A stretch of DNA of 64,000 nt. It comes from an uncultured Chloroflexia bacterium. GTDB taxonomy: Bacteria; Chloroflexota; Limnocylindria; Limnocylindrales; CSP1-4. The translations under genes and the position numbers were made by a program. The notes beneath the pieces are model-generated. The model did not search any database and had not been told where the DNA came from. It saw only the letters and a list, made by a program, of their open reading frames with translations. Of the stretch, positions 15,817-25,613 are shown one piece after another (the first letter of the stretch is position 1; each line of letters opens with the position of its first letter). The DNA lies in the NCBI GenBank assembly GCA_963728635.1, contig CAVSKR010000005.1, positions 264,998 through 328,997 on the forward strand, given 5' to 3'.

Positions 15817-17276
15817 GCGGACCCTATGCGACACTGGCCGCCGTGAGCGACGTCGACCCGTCGGTCCCGACGCCGCCGGGTAGCGCGCCCGCCCTCACCG
15901 CCGACGACATCCTGCGGCTGACGGGCGGCCGGCTTCTCGCCCGATCGGAGCGGCCGATCCGCGGCGCGGCAGTCGATTCCCGGCTGGTGTCCGCCGGCCA
16001 GCTGTTCGTCGCCCTGCCGGGGGAGCGCACCGACGGCCACCTGCACCTCGAGGATGCCGTCGGCCGTGGTGCCGCGGCATTGTTGGTGACGCGCCAGGTC
16101 GAGGACCCGACGGCATTCGGGGACGTCACGATCGTGCGCGTCGCCGAAGCCCTCGCCGCGCTCGGTGCCGTCGCGCGTGGCTGGCGCGAACGGTTCGATC
16201 CGCTCGTGGTCGGGATCACGGGAAGCATCGCCAAGACGTCGACCAAGGAGGCGGTCGCGACGGTCCTCGGCGGGGCGATGCGCACGCTCAAGACCGAGGG
16301 GAACCAGAACAACGAGGTCGGCCTGCCGCTGACACTGTTGCGGCTGGGGACCGACGACGAGGCGGCGGTCCTCGAGATGGGTATGTACGTCTCCGGCGAG
16401 ATCGCCGACCTGGCCGCGATGGCACGGCCGTCGATCGGCGTCGTGACGGCCGTCCAACCGGTCCACCTGTCGCGGATCGGGACGCTCGAGGCGGTGGAGC
16501 GTGCCAAGGGCGAGCTGCTCGAGGCTCTGCCCGCCGGCGGGACCGCGGTGCTCAACGCGGACGACCCGATCGTCACGCGGATGGACCGTCGAACGGCAGC
16601 GCGGGCCGTGCGCTACGGCTTCGACGACTCGGCCGACGTCCGAGCGACGGATGTGACGTCGAGCGGCGCGGACGGCATGGCATTCCGGCTGCAGACCGCG
16701 GTCGGCGAGCGAGCGATCCGGGTCCCGACGCTGGGCCGCCTATCCGTCCATAACGCCGCGGCTGCTGCGGCCGTCGGACTCGCCGCCGGCCTCTCTCTCG
16801 AGTCGATCGGGACCGCGCTCGAAGGCGGGTGGGCAGCCCCGCACCGCGTCGAACTCGTCCGGCTGCGCGGCGTGACCGTGATCGACGACAGCTATAACGC
16901 CTCGCCAGGATCGGTCGCGGCGGCCCTCGAGCTGCTGGCAGGCCTGCCTGGTCGGCGCGTCGCGGTCCTTGGCGAGATGCTCGAGTTGGGCGACGCCCAC
17001 GACTCCGGACACCGGGCGGTCGGTGAGGCGGCAGCGGCCATCGCCGAGCTGGTGGTGGTGGTCGGAGCCGGTGCAGGGGGGATCGCGGCCGGGGCGGCGG
17101 ACGCGGGCCTCGACCTTGGCCGGATCCACGCTGTGGCGGACGCCGACGAGGCGCTCGATGTCCTCCGGCCGCGGCTACGTGATGGCGACGTTGTCCTCGT
17201 CAAGGCCTCGCGGGGCATCGGTCTCGACAGGCTGGTCGACGCGCTGCGTCTCGAGCTCGGCGAGGCGACCCGATGA
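15813..17276 (+). CDS. murF: UDP-N-acetylmuramoyl-tripeptide--D-alanyl-D-alanine ligase
   Basis: ITGSIAKTSTKE P-loop. TEGNQNNEVGLPLTLL MurF signature. DSYNASP and LGEMLELG motifs. Confidence 0.88.
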   Translation: MSGPYATLAAVSDVDPSVPTPPGSAPALTADDILRLTGGRLLARSERPIRGAAVDSRLVSAGQLFVALPGERTDGHLHLEDAVGRGAAALLVTRQVEDPTAFGDVTIVRVAEALAALGAVARGWRERFDPLVVGITGSIAKTSTKEAVATVLGGAMRTLKTEGNQNNEVGLPLTLLRLGTDDEAAVLEMGMYVSGEIADLAAMARPSIGVVTAVQPVHLSRIGTLEAVERAKGELLEALPAGGTAVLNADDPIVTRMDRRTAARAVRYGFDDSADVRATDVTSSGADGMAFRLQTAVGERAIRVPTLGRLSVHNAAAAAAVGLAAGLSLESIGTALEGGWAAPHRVELVRLRGVTVIDDSYNASPGSVAAALELLAGLPGRRVAVLGEMLELGDAHDSGHRAVGEAAAAIAELVVVVGAGAGGIAAGAADAGLDLGRIHAVADADEALDVLRPRLRDGDVVLVKASRGIGLDRLVDALRLELGEATR

Positions 17277-18262
17277 ACGTCGGGACGGTCGAGCTCATCC
17301 AGGGCCTGCTGCTCGCGTTCGCGCTCATCGTCATCCTCATGCCGCCCTATATCCGGCTGCTCCAGGCGCTCGGTTTCGGCAAGCGCATCCGCCAGGAAGG
17401 GCCGGAGAGCCACTTCCAGAAGGAGGGCACGCCGACGATGGGCGGGCTGCTCATCGTCGTCGTGGTCCTCGGGATCTACTTCTTCCTGCAGCAGCCCGAC
17501 GCTGCGACGTTCGCGCCGCTGGCGGCATTGGCAGGCGTCGGTCTGCTTGGTGCATTCGACGACTACCTCAATGCACGGACGGGCGAGGGGATCCGCGCGC
17601 GGCAGAAGCTCATCTGGCTGACGGTCGTCGCGTTCGTCGCGGCCTGGCAGATCCAGCAGACCTATACGATCACCGCCATCCCCGTTCCGTTCGTCGGCCC
17701 GGTCGAGGTCGCGCCCTGGCTGTACGTGCTGTTCGGCGCCTTCGCGATCATCGCCGCGGCGAATGGCGTGAACCTGACCGACGGGCTCGATGGGTTGTCG
17801 GGTGGGACCGTCGCCATCGCCTTCGTCGCCTACATGCTCATCGCGCTGCTCAACGAGCCGGCCCAGCCCAATCTCGCGCTGTTGTGCTCGTTGATCATCG
17901 GCGCGCTGCTGGGCTTCCTGTGGTTCAACGTCCACCCGGCGCAGATCTTCATCGGCGATTCCGGCGCCCTGTCGTTGGGGGCCACGCTCGCCGTCACCGC
18001 GCTCATCACAGGACAGATCCTGGTCCTGCCGCTGATCGGAATCATCTTCGTGCTCGAGACGGGCTCGGTGATCCTGCAGGTCGTGTATTTCCGGTTGACG
18101 GGCGGCCAGCGCCTGTTCCGGATGAGCCCCATCCACCACCACTTCGAGCTCGGCGGCTGGGACGAGGAGAAGATCACGATCCGCTTCTGGATCGTCGGCA
18201 TCCTCGCGGCCTTGCTGGGCGTCACGCTGTTCGTGGCCACGCAGCCCGGCCGGGCCCTCTGA
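17273..18262 (+). CDS. mraY: Phospho-N-acetylmuramoyl-pentapeptide transferase
   Basis: KEGTPTMGGLLI, NAVNLTDGLDGL, HHHFE motifs. 10 TM helices. Confidence 0.92.
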   Translation: MNVGTVELIQGLLLAFALIVILMPPYIRLLQALGFGKRIRQEGPESHFQKEGTPTMGGLLIVVVVLGIYFFLQQPDAATFAPLAALAGVGLLGAFDDYLNARTGEGIRARQKLIWLTVVAFVAAWQIQQTYTITAIPVPFVGPVEVAPWLYVLFGAFAIIAAANGVNLTDGLDGLSGGTVAIAFVAYMLIALLNEPAQPNLALLCSLIIGALLGFLWFNVHPAQIFIGDSGALSLGATLAVTALITGQILVLPLIGIIFVLETGSVILQVVYFRLTGGQRLFRMSPIHHHFELGGWDEEKITIRFWIVGILAALLGVTLFVATQPGRAL

Positions 18263-18273
18263 GCGCCGTCGTG

Positions 18274-19845
18274 ATGACCCGGCGACCCGCGATCGACCCG
18301 GACGCGCTGACGATGGACGGGATCCGCGACGGCCTGCTCGACGACGCTCCGGTCACGGTGCTCGGGTTCGCGCGCAGCGGCATCGCCCTCGCGCGCTTCC
18401 TGGCCGATGCCGGGGCGCGCGTGACCGTCTACGACGGACGGCCGGCGAGCGAGCTCGCGGATGCCACCGCCGCTCTCGAAGGGCGCACCGTTCGACTGGC
18501 TCTCGGCCCGGACGTCGAACCGGCCACGACGTGGGCCGATGCGCAGCTCGTGACGACATCCCCGTCGATCAACCCGGACTACCCGACGACCGAGCCCCGT
18601 CTCCGGTCTGCCTTGAAGGCACTCGTGGCGTCCCGCGCGGGGGGCGATCGGTCGGCGCCGGCGCTGATCTCCGAGCCGGACCTCTTCCTGCGGCTGTGCG
18701 TCGCCCCGACGATCGGCGTGACCGGGACGAAGGGCAAGACCACCACTGCCTCGCTGACGGCGGCGATCCTTTCCACGGATCCCGACCACCCGGCCGTGCT
18801 CGGCGGCAACATCGGCGTCCCGATCCTCGAGCGGCTTGCCGAGCTGACCACCGATCATCGCGTCGTCTACGAACTGTCTGAGCTGCAGCTCCCGACGCTG
18901 TCACGGGGCACGACGGTGGCCGTCTACACGAATGTCACGTCGGATCACCTCGACCGGCACGGCTCGCTGGATGCGTATCGGCGGGTCAAGCGCATCCTGG
19001 CCGAGCGGGTCGATCCCGACGGCGCCCTGGTCCTCAACGCCGAGGACCCGATCGTGGCGAGCTACGGGCCTTCGAGCCCGGCACCGGTCGTCACGTACCG
19101 GCGGCACCGACCGGCCCCCGCCGGTCTCGGCGTGGTCGACGGCTGGATCGTCGCGGACGGCGTCGAGCCACTGGCGATGGCGCGGGGCCGGTCGGCGGCC
19201 GAAACCGTCACCGGACCGGTAGGCGACGGCCGGATCATGCCGGTCGACGAGCTCGGCATCCCGGGCGACCACAGCGTGTCGAACGCGCTTGCGGCGATCG
19301 CCGTCGGCCTGCTGTTCGGCATCCCGCATCGGGCAATCCGCGAGGCGGCGGCAGCGTTCACCGGCGTCGAGCATCGCCTCGAGCCCGTGGCGCTCGTCGA
19401 TGGCGTCCAATTCGTGAACAATTCGCAGGGCACGCAGCCCGATGCGGTCATCGCCGCGCTCCGGGCGTTCGCGGCGCCGGTCGTCCTGATCGCCGGCGGT
19501 CGCGACAAGGGCGTCGATCTCGCGGAGCTCGGCGCGGTCGTGGCCGAGCGGGCGGTCGCGGCGGTACTGATCGGCGAGAGCGGGCCCGACCTGGCCGACC
19601 GGTTTTCTGCGGCCGGGCTGGGTCACACCGAGCGGGCCGAAAGCCTGTCCGAGGCGGTCGCCCGCGCCGACACGTTGGCGCGTGCGTCATTGGCCGCGGC
19701 GGGACCCGACGTCGGACCCGCGACCGTCCTGCTGAGTCCTGCCGCAGCGAGCTTCGACATGTTCTCGGACTACGCCGCCCGCGGGCGGGCCTTCAAGGAC
19801 GCCGTCGCCGAGCTGGTGGCGGCACGCGCACGGAGGGATCGATGA
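18274..19845 (+). CDS. murD: UDP-N-acetylmuramoylalanine--D-glutamate ligase
   Basis: VLGFARSGIALARFL Rossmann fold, GVTGTKGKTTT P-loop, GGNIGVP, central and C-terminal Mur ligase domains. Alternative GTG start at 18271. Confidence 0.88.
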   Translation: MTRRPAIDPDALTMDGIRDGLLDDAPVTVLGFARSGIALARFLADAGARVTVYDGRPASELADATAALEGRTVRLALGPDVEPATTWADAQLVTTSPSINPDYPTTEPRLRSALKALVASRAGGDRSAPALISEPDLFLRLCVAPTIGVTGTKGKTTTASLTAAILSTDPDHPAVLGGNIGVPILERLAELTTDHRVVYELSELQLPTLSRGTTVAVYTNVTSDHLDRHGSLDAYRRVKRILAERVDPDGALVLNAEDPIVASYGPSSPAPVVTYRRHRPAPAGLGVVDGWIVADGVEPLAMARGRSAAETVTGPVGDGRIMPVDELGIPGDHSVSNALAAIAVGLLFGIPHRAIREAAAAFTGVEHRLEPVALVDGVQFVNNSQGTQPDAVIAALRAFAAPVVLIAGGRDKGVDLAELGAVVAERAVAAVLIGESGPDLADRFSAAGLGHTERAESLSEAVARADTLARASLAAAGPDVGPATVLLSPAAASFDMFSDYAARGRAFKDAVAELVAARARRDR

Positions 19846-21188
19846 ACCTCGCCCCACCGATCCCGCGGTTCGGTCGCCCGATCGCCGAGCAGGCGGACCG
19901 TGAGCGGAAACGCACGAGCGATACGCGCCGGGCCGCCAACCGGACGCCGACCAAGGACCTGACCCAGGCCCTTCAGCGCGAGCGGCACGCACCCGACTAC
20001 ATGATCCTGGTCGTCGTCGTGGCCCTCGCCGCGATCGGCATCCTCATGGTCTATTCCTCGTCGGCCATGAAGGGCTACCTGTCGACCGAGGCGGACACGT
20101 TCCAGACCGTCGGACCGCAGATCCAGTGGGCATTGCTCGGGCTGCTGGCGATGGTCGCCATGATGCGCGTCGACTACCGCTACCTGCGGCTCGCATCGAT
20201 CCCCGGGTACGTGGTCGCCCTGGCGCTGCTCGTGCTGGTCTTCGTCGACGAGTTCAACATCGTCGTGGGCGGTTCGGCCCGCTGGCTCCGGCTCGGTCCG
20301 CTGCCGGCCATCCACCCGGCGGAGATGGCCAAGCTGGCCATGGTCATCTATCTCGCCCACTGGTTCGCGAAGCGCGGGTTGAAGGTCGGCGGGTTCTGGG
20401 GCGGGACCGTGCCGTTCCTGCTGATCGCCGGGCCGGTCGTCGCGCTCGTGTTCAAGGAGCCCGACCTCGGGACGACGATCGTGATCACGCTGACCGCATT
20501 CACGATGTGGTTCGTGGCCGGCGGGAACACGTTCCACCTCGGTTCGATGGTCGGTCTGGCCGGTCTGGCCGCGATCATGGTCGGTCTGGCCGGCTACCAG
20601 ATGGACCGCATCCGCGCGTGGCTCGACCCGTGGAGGTACGCCGACACGATCGGGTACCACACCGTGCAGGGGCTGCTCGCGCTCGGTCTCGGGGGCGTCT
20701 TCGGATCGGGCCTCGGCGAGAGCCGCATGGCCGGCGGCCTGTTCGTCCCGAACGCGTTCAATGACTTCATCTTCGCCATCATCGGCGAGGAATTCGGGCT
20801 CGTCGGGGCGGGCATCGTCATCGCACTGTTCGTGTTGCTGGCCTACGCTGGCATCCGCGTGGCGCTGGGCGCGCCCGACACCTTCGGGGCGCTCCTGGCG
20901 GCCGGGATCACGGCCTGGCTGTGCATCCAGGCGTTCATCAACATCGGGGTCGTGGTGACCCTCGTGCCGATCACCGGGATCACGCTGCCGTTCATCAGCG
21001 CCGGCGGGTCGTCACTCATCATCAGCTTCGCCGCGATCGGGATCCTCCTCTCGATCTCGCGCGAGACCATCGAGAAGGGAACCTGGAACGACGATGCGAC
21101 TGCTGATCGCGGGCGGCGGAACGGGCGGGCACATCTACCCGGCACTGGCCGTCGCCCGGTCACTCCGCGCGCGACCGGACGGCGCTGA
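19842..21188 (+). CDS. ftsW: Peptidoglycan glycosyltransferase FtsW (SEDS family)
   Basis: ATGA overlap with murD. 10 TM helices. SEDS motifs (LGESRMAGGLF, GSSL). 3' end overlaps murG by ~95 nt in another frame. Confidence 0.85.
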   Translation: MNLAPPIPRFGRPIAEQADRERKRTSDTRRAANRTPTKDLTQALQRERHAPDYMILVVVVALAAIGILMVYSSSAMKGYLSTEADTFQTVGPQIQWALLGLLAMVAMMRVDYRYLRLASIPGYVVALALLVLVFVDEFNIVVGGSARWLRLGPLPAIHPAEMAKLAMVIYLAHWFAKRGLKVGGFWGGTVPFLLIAGPVVALVFKEPDLGTTIVITLTAFTMWFVAGGNTFHLGSMVGLAGLAAIMVGLAGYQMDRIRAWLDPWRYADTIGYHTVQGLLALGLGGVFGSGLGESRMAGGLFVPNAFNDFIFAIIGEEFGLVGAGIVIALFVLLAYAGIRVALGAPDTFGALLAAGITAWLCIQAFINIGVVVTLVPITGITLPFISAGGSSLIISFAAIGILLSISRETIEKGTWNDDATADRGRRNGRAHLPGTGRRPVTPRATGRR

Positions 21189-22254
21189 GCTCAGCTGGCT
21201 CGGCGGCCATCGCGGTCTCGAGGCGGGCATCGTCCCAGCCGCCGGGATCCCGTTCCGGCGGCTGGCTCTCCGTTCACTGCGCTCGGTCGCGCTGGACGCC
21301 CACGCCGTCCTCGACCCACTGCGCCTCGGTGCCTCCGTGCCACAGGCGGCGGCGATCCTGGCCGCCGAGCGACCCGCCGCGATCTTCACGACCGGCGGCT
21401 ACGTCGCCGTCCCGGTCCTGCTCGCCGCGGCCCCGCTCGGCATCCCGGTCGTCCTGTGGGACGGCAACGTGGTGCCCGGCCGTGCGGTGCGCGCGACCGC
21501 GCGGTTGGCGGACGTCCTGGCGGTCTCGTTCGAGGCGACCTGCGAGTCTCTGGCGTCGGCCGCGCCCGGCCGGCCGTGCTACGTGACCGGCACGCCGATC
21601 CGCGACACGGCATCGATCGACCGCGAGGCGGCCCGCCAGCGGCTCGGCATCCCGCCGGCGGCGCGGGTGCTGCTGATCTTCGGTGGGTCGCAGGCCGTCC
21701 GCCGGTTCAATGCGGCGGTCGCCGAGGCGCTCCCACGCCTGGTCGAGCGTGTCTACATCATCCATGTGACCGGCGACGACGGCTATGCCGCGGCGTTGAC
21801 CGGCCGCGAGGCACTGGCCGCCGACCGGCGTGAGCGCTACCGGCCGCACCCCTTCCTGCGCGACGACATGCTGACCGCCCTGGCGGCGGCAGACCTCGTC
21901 GTGGGGCGAGCGGGTTCGTCGACGCTCGCCGAGGTCACCGCCCTGGGCCTGCCGATCGTCGTCGTGCCCTATCCACACGCCGCGGGGCATCAGAAGGCCA
22001 ATGCGCGCCAGCTCGTCGATGCCGGGGCTGGGCGGCTCATCGACGACGGCGACTTCGACGCCGCGGCGTTGATCGAGGCGGCGACCCTGCTCGACGATCC
22101 CGCGGCCCACCTCGCGATGTCGGCGGCATGCCGGGGCCTCGGCCGGCCGGGTGCGGCCGATGCCGTCGCGGATCTGGTGATCGCTGCCGCCCGGCGGGAG
22201 CCGCTGCCCGACGCGGCCGCCGTGGAGCGACGATCGCGCGGGTCGCGGGCGTGA
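21094..22254 (+). CDS. murG: UDP-GlcNAc--MurNAc-pentapeptide GlcNAc transferase
   Basis: MRLLIAGGGTGGHIYPALAV N-terminus and the GT-B C-terminal domain (IFGGSQA...GRAGSSTLAE). Confidence 0.9.
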   Translation: MRLLIAGGGTGGHIYPALAVARSLRARPDGAELSWLGGHRGLEAGIVPAAGIPFRRLALRSLRSVALDAHAVLDPLRLGASVPQAAAILAAERPAAIFTTGGYVAVPVLLAAAPLGIPVVLWDGNVVPGRAVRATARLADVLAVSFEATCESLASAAPGRPCYVTGTPIRDTASIDREAARQRLGIPPAARVLLIFGGSQAVRRFNAAVAEALPRLVERVYIIHVTGDDGYAAALTGREALAADRRERYRPHPFLRDDMLTALAAADLVVGRAGSSTLAEVTALGLPIVVVPYPHAAGHQKANARQLVDAGAGRLIDDGDFDAAALIEAATLLDDPAAHLAMSAACRGLGRPGAADAVADLVIAAARREPLPDAAAVERRSRGSRA

Positions 22255-23210
22255 CGCCGGTGTCGGCATTCGACGCGATCGCGATCGGGTCGGACATCCA
22301 GCGGCGGGTCGGCGTCAAGACGTCGCGGGACGAACCGCTGGCGCGGTTCACGACGATGCGCGTCGGCGGCCCCGCCGACCTCTTCGCGACCGTGCACAAC
22401 CTGTTCGAGTTGCGTGCCCTCGTGCGCTTCGCGCGGGCACGTGGCATCGCTCACCGCATCCTCGGCCGGGGCAGCGACCTCGTCATCAGCGACCGCGGGA
22501 TCCGTGGCCTCGTCATCCAGGATCGAGCGGAGGGCTCGCGCATCGACGGCGATCGCTACGTCGCCGACGCCGGCGTCCCGATGGCGCGCGCCGCGACGGA
22601 GACCCAGAAGGCGGGGCTGACCGGCCTCGAGTTCGGGCTCGCGATCCCCGGCACCGTCGGGGGCGCGGTGTGGGCCAACGCGGGGGCACATGAATCGGAC
22701 ATGGCCGGGGTGGTCGAGTCCGCGCGGGTGCTCGATAGCGAGGGTCACGAGGCGGTCGTGCCGGTCGCGGACCTCGGACTCGGGTACCGTGAGAGCCGCT
22801 TCAAGCATGCATCCGGCGACGGCCCGCCCGAGCTCATCCTCGACGCGACGTTCCGCCTCGAGCCGGCCGACCCGGACACGATCAAGACACGACTCGACGA
22901 CATCCGCCGGTGGCGCCAGGCCCATCAGCCTCTCGGCCTGCCCTCGGCCGGCAGCGTGTTCCGCAATCCGCCCGGCGACTCCGCGGGGCGGCTCGTCGAA
23001 GCCGCCGGATTGAAGGGTCATCGCATCGGCGGTGCCGTCGTCTCGGAGAAGCACGCCAACTTCATCGTCAACGACCAGAAGGGGAGCGCGGCCCACGTGC
23101 GCCGGCTCGGCGACCACGTGCGGGCCGTGGTGGCCGCGACGAGTGGCGTGGACCTCGAGTACGAGGTCGACTTCATCGGCGACTGGGACGGCTGGCCGTG
23201 GCCGGACTGA
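22251..23210 (+). CDS. murB: UDP-N-acetylenolpyruvoylglucosamine reductase
   Basis: FAD-binding PCMH domain (RFTTMRVGGPAD...LGRGSDLV) and C-terminal MurB domain (SAGSVFRNP...KHANFIVN). GTG start overlaps the murG stop (GTGA). Confidence 0.85.
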   Translation: MTPVSAFDAIAIGSDIQRRVGVKTSRDEPLARFTTMRVGGPADLFATVHNLFELRALVRFARARGIAHRILGRGSDLVISDRGIRGLVIQDRAEGSRIDGDRYVADAGVPMARAATETQKAGLTGLEFGLAIPGTVGGAVWANAGAHESDMAGVVESARVLDSEGHEAVVPVADLGLGYRESRFKHASGDGPPELILDATFRLEPADPDTIKTRLDDIRRWRQAHQPLGLPSAGSVFRNPPGDSAGRLVEAAGLKGHRIGGAVVSEKHANFIVNDQKGSAAHVRRLGDHVRAVVAATSGVDLEYEVDFIGDWDGWPWPD

Positions 23211-24331
23211 CCGCTGCCGAGCTGCCGCCGATCGTCGTCCTGCTCGGGGGCCCGTCCGCCGAGCACGACGTGTCGATCGTGTCGGGGTCGGCGATCGCGC
23301 AGGCGCTCGCGGAGGCCGGCGCCGATGTGCGCCCGGTGCTGATCGACCTCGAGGGCGCCTGGTGGTGGCTGCCCACCGACCACCGGCGCGGGGACCGCGA
23401 GGCCACCGCCTACGACGACCCGCGCACCCTCGGAGCCGAGGGTCCGATCGCTGTCGGTGCGGCGCTCGACCGGCTCGCCGCCGGCGACCCGGCACCGGTC
23501 GTCGTCATCGGGCTGCACGGGCCGTTCGGCGAGGACGGCACGATCCAGGCAATGCTCGACGCTGTCGGCCTGGCGTACACGGGCTCGGGCGTCGCGGCAT
23601 CGGCGCTGGGCATGGACAAGACACTGTTCAAGCGGCTGTGCCGGGGGCTCGGTATCCCGGTCGTCGACTGGCGCGAGGTGCGTGCCTCGCGCTGGAAGGC
23701 CGATCGGCCCGGTGTCCGGCGCGAGATGCTGGCGTTCGCCGCCGGGGAAGCGGACCCCCGGCTCATGGTGAAGCCGGCGCGCCTCGGCAGTTCGGTCGGG
23801 ATGACGCTCGTGCACGACGCAGCGGAGCTCGCGGCGGCGCTCGACAGGGCGTTCCGGTACGACACCCTCGCCCTGGTCGAGGCCTACGTGCCGAACGCGC
23901 GCGACCTCGAGATGTCGGTCATCGGCAACGACCACGCGACCATGGAGCTGTACGGCCCCGGCGAGATCGTCAGTGGCAACGAGTTCTACGACTACGCCGC
24001 CAAGTACACGCCGGGCCTGTCCGAGACGTCGACCCGGGCCGAGGTCAGCGACGTCGAGCGGGCCGTGATCCACAAGCTAAGCCGGGACGTCTACCGGGCC
24101 ATCGGCGCAGAGGGCTTCGCGCGCATCGACTTCCTGATGTCCGGCGAGCGGATCCTCGTGTCGGAGATCAACACGATCCCGGGATTCACCCCGATCAGCC
24201 TGTTCCCCACGATGCCGGCCGAGGGCGGCTACACCTTCGCCGACGTGTGCGTCCGCGTCGTCGAGCTCGCCATCGAACGCCACGCCGCCCGCCCGGCGAC
24301 GAAGCTGGGGACCGGCGACCTGCCCCGATGA
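23198..24331 (+). CDS. ddl: D-alanine--D-alanine ligase
   Basis: IVVLLGGPSAEHDVS N-terminus and ATP-grasp motifs (KPARLGSSVGM, EINTIPGFT). GTG start 13 nt before the murB stop. Confidence 0.88.
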   Translation: MAGLTAAELPPIVVLLGGPSAEHDVSIVSGSAIAQALAEAGADVRPVLIDLEGAWWWLPTDHRRGDREATAYDDPRTLGAEGPIAVGAALDRLAAGDPAPVVVIGLHGPFGEDGTIQAMLDAVGLAYTGSGVAASALGMDKTLFKRLCRGLGIPVVDWREVRASRWKADRPGVRREMLAFAAGEADPRLMVKPARLGSSVGMTLVHDAAELAAALDRAFRYDTLALVEAYVPNARDLEMSVIGNDHATMELYGPGEIVSGNEFYDYAAKYTPGLSETSTRAEVSDVERAVIHKLSRDVYRAIGAEGFARIDFLMSGERILVSEINTIPGFTPISLFPTMPAEGGYTFADVCVRVVELAIERHAARPATKLGTGDLPR

Positions 24332-25221
24332 CCCTGCGTCCCCGGCCGCCGTCGCGTCGTCCCGCCCCGATCCGGCCGACCGTGCGGCGGTCGATGGGAG
24401 CGCCGGCCCGCCGGACCCGATCGATCCGCCGCGCCTCGGCCGGACTGACCCCGGTCCGGGCCGGCGCGGTCCTCGTCATCCTCCTGTCCGCCTCGGCGAT
24501 GTACGGCGTGGCCCAGTCGCCTGTGTTCACCTACGCGGGCGCGACCGTCGAAGGGGTCACCTTCACCGACGAGGCCGCGGTCCTTGCCGTGCTCGAGGAG
24601 GCACGCGGGGCGAACCTGTTCGCGCTCGTCACGCGACCGCTCGAGGAGCGGATCCGGGAGTTGCCGACCGTCCGCTCGGCCGACGTGTCGGTCCGTCTGC
24701 CCGACACGCTCGCGGTGCGTATCCGGGAGCGCACGCCGATCCTCGTCTGGCAGGTCGGCGCGCGGCGCTATCTCGTCGACACGGACGGCCAGCTGTTCGC
24801 GCGCCTGCCCGATGCCCCGCCAGACGAAGCCGCCGCCCTGCCCGTGGTCGAGGACCGACGCGCGGCGTCGGTCGGGCTGGCGGTGGGGCTGGCACTCGAC
24901 CGCGTGGACCTCGACGCCGCGACCCGCCTCGCCTCACTCCTCCCGGCCGACGTGGGCAGCGAGGCGGCCGCGCTGTACGTCTTCATCAGCGACGCGAACG
25001 GCTTCACCCTGCGGACGAAGCCTGCCACCTGGCAGGCGGTCTTCGGGTTCTACACGCCGACCCTGCGGACGCCCGAGCTCATCCCGGGCCAGGTGCGCCT
25101 GTTACGCAGCCTGCTCATCGGACGCGAGCCCCTCATCGACCGCGTCATCCTCGCGTCGGAGACCGACGGGACGTATACGACCAAGTCCACGCCGACCCCG
25201 AGCGAGACCTCGGTCCCGTGA
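24328..25221 (+). CDS. ftsQ: Cell division protein FtsQ/DivIB (TM + POTRA)
   Basis: ATGA overlap with ddl. Arg-rich cytoplasmic tail, TM AVLVILLSASAMYGV, POTRA-like domain. Canonical position. Confidence 0.75.
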   Translation: MTLRPRPPSRRPAPIRPTVRRSMGAPARRTRSIRRASAGLTPVRAGAVLVILLSASAMYGVAQSPVFTYAGATVEGVTFTDEAAVLAVLEEARGANLFALVTRPLEERIRELPTVRSADVSVRLPDTLAVRIRERTPILVWQVGARRYLVDTDGQLFARLPDAPPDEAAALPVVEDRRAASVGLAVGLALDRVDLDAATRLASLLPADVGSEAAALYVFISDANGFTLRTKPATWQAVFGFYTPTLRTPELIPGQVRLLRSLLIGREPLIDRVILASETDGTYTTKSTPTPSETSVP

Positions 25222-25261
25222 TAGCCTTGGCCAAACCAGACGGAGGAGGACGAGGGACCAC

Positions 25262-25585
25262 GTGCTGCTTCCCCTGCTCGGGCTCCTCGTGGGCGTCCTG
25301 GCGGGTCTCGTCCTCAACATCAACGTCGGCTTCGAGCTCAGCCGGTACTCGGCCGTGGCGATCCTTGCCGCGCTGGATTCGGTCCTCGGGGCGGTCCGAG
25401 CGGAGCTTGATGGCGTCTACGACAATCGCATCTTCATCAGCGGCTTCCTTGTCAACGCGATCATCGCGGTCCTGCTGACGTTCGTCGGTGACCGCCTGGG
25501 CCTGGACCTGTACCTCGTGGCCCTCATCACCTTCGGCCTTCGCATCTTCGACAACGTGGCACTCATCCGCCGGCATTTCCTCTAA
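25262..25585 (+). CDS. Small basic membrane protein, Sbp/DUF1290-like (107 aa)
   Basis: GTG start with GGAGGA SD. LLGLLVGVLAG...YSAVAILAALDSVLGAVRA...ISGFLVNAI...IRRHFL resembles the B. subtilis Sbp (YlxX), which also sits between divIB and ftsA. Confidence 0.6.
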   Translation: MLLPLLGLLVGVLAGLVLNINVGFELSRYSAVAILAALDSVLGAVRAELDGVYDNRIFISGFLVNAIIAVLLTFVGDRLGLDLYLVALITFGLRIFDNVALIRRHFL

Positions 25586-25613
25586 GCCGGCCTAGAGGGA
25601 GACGGACGGGAAC

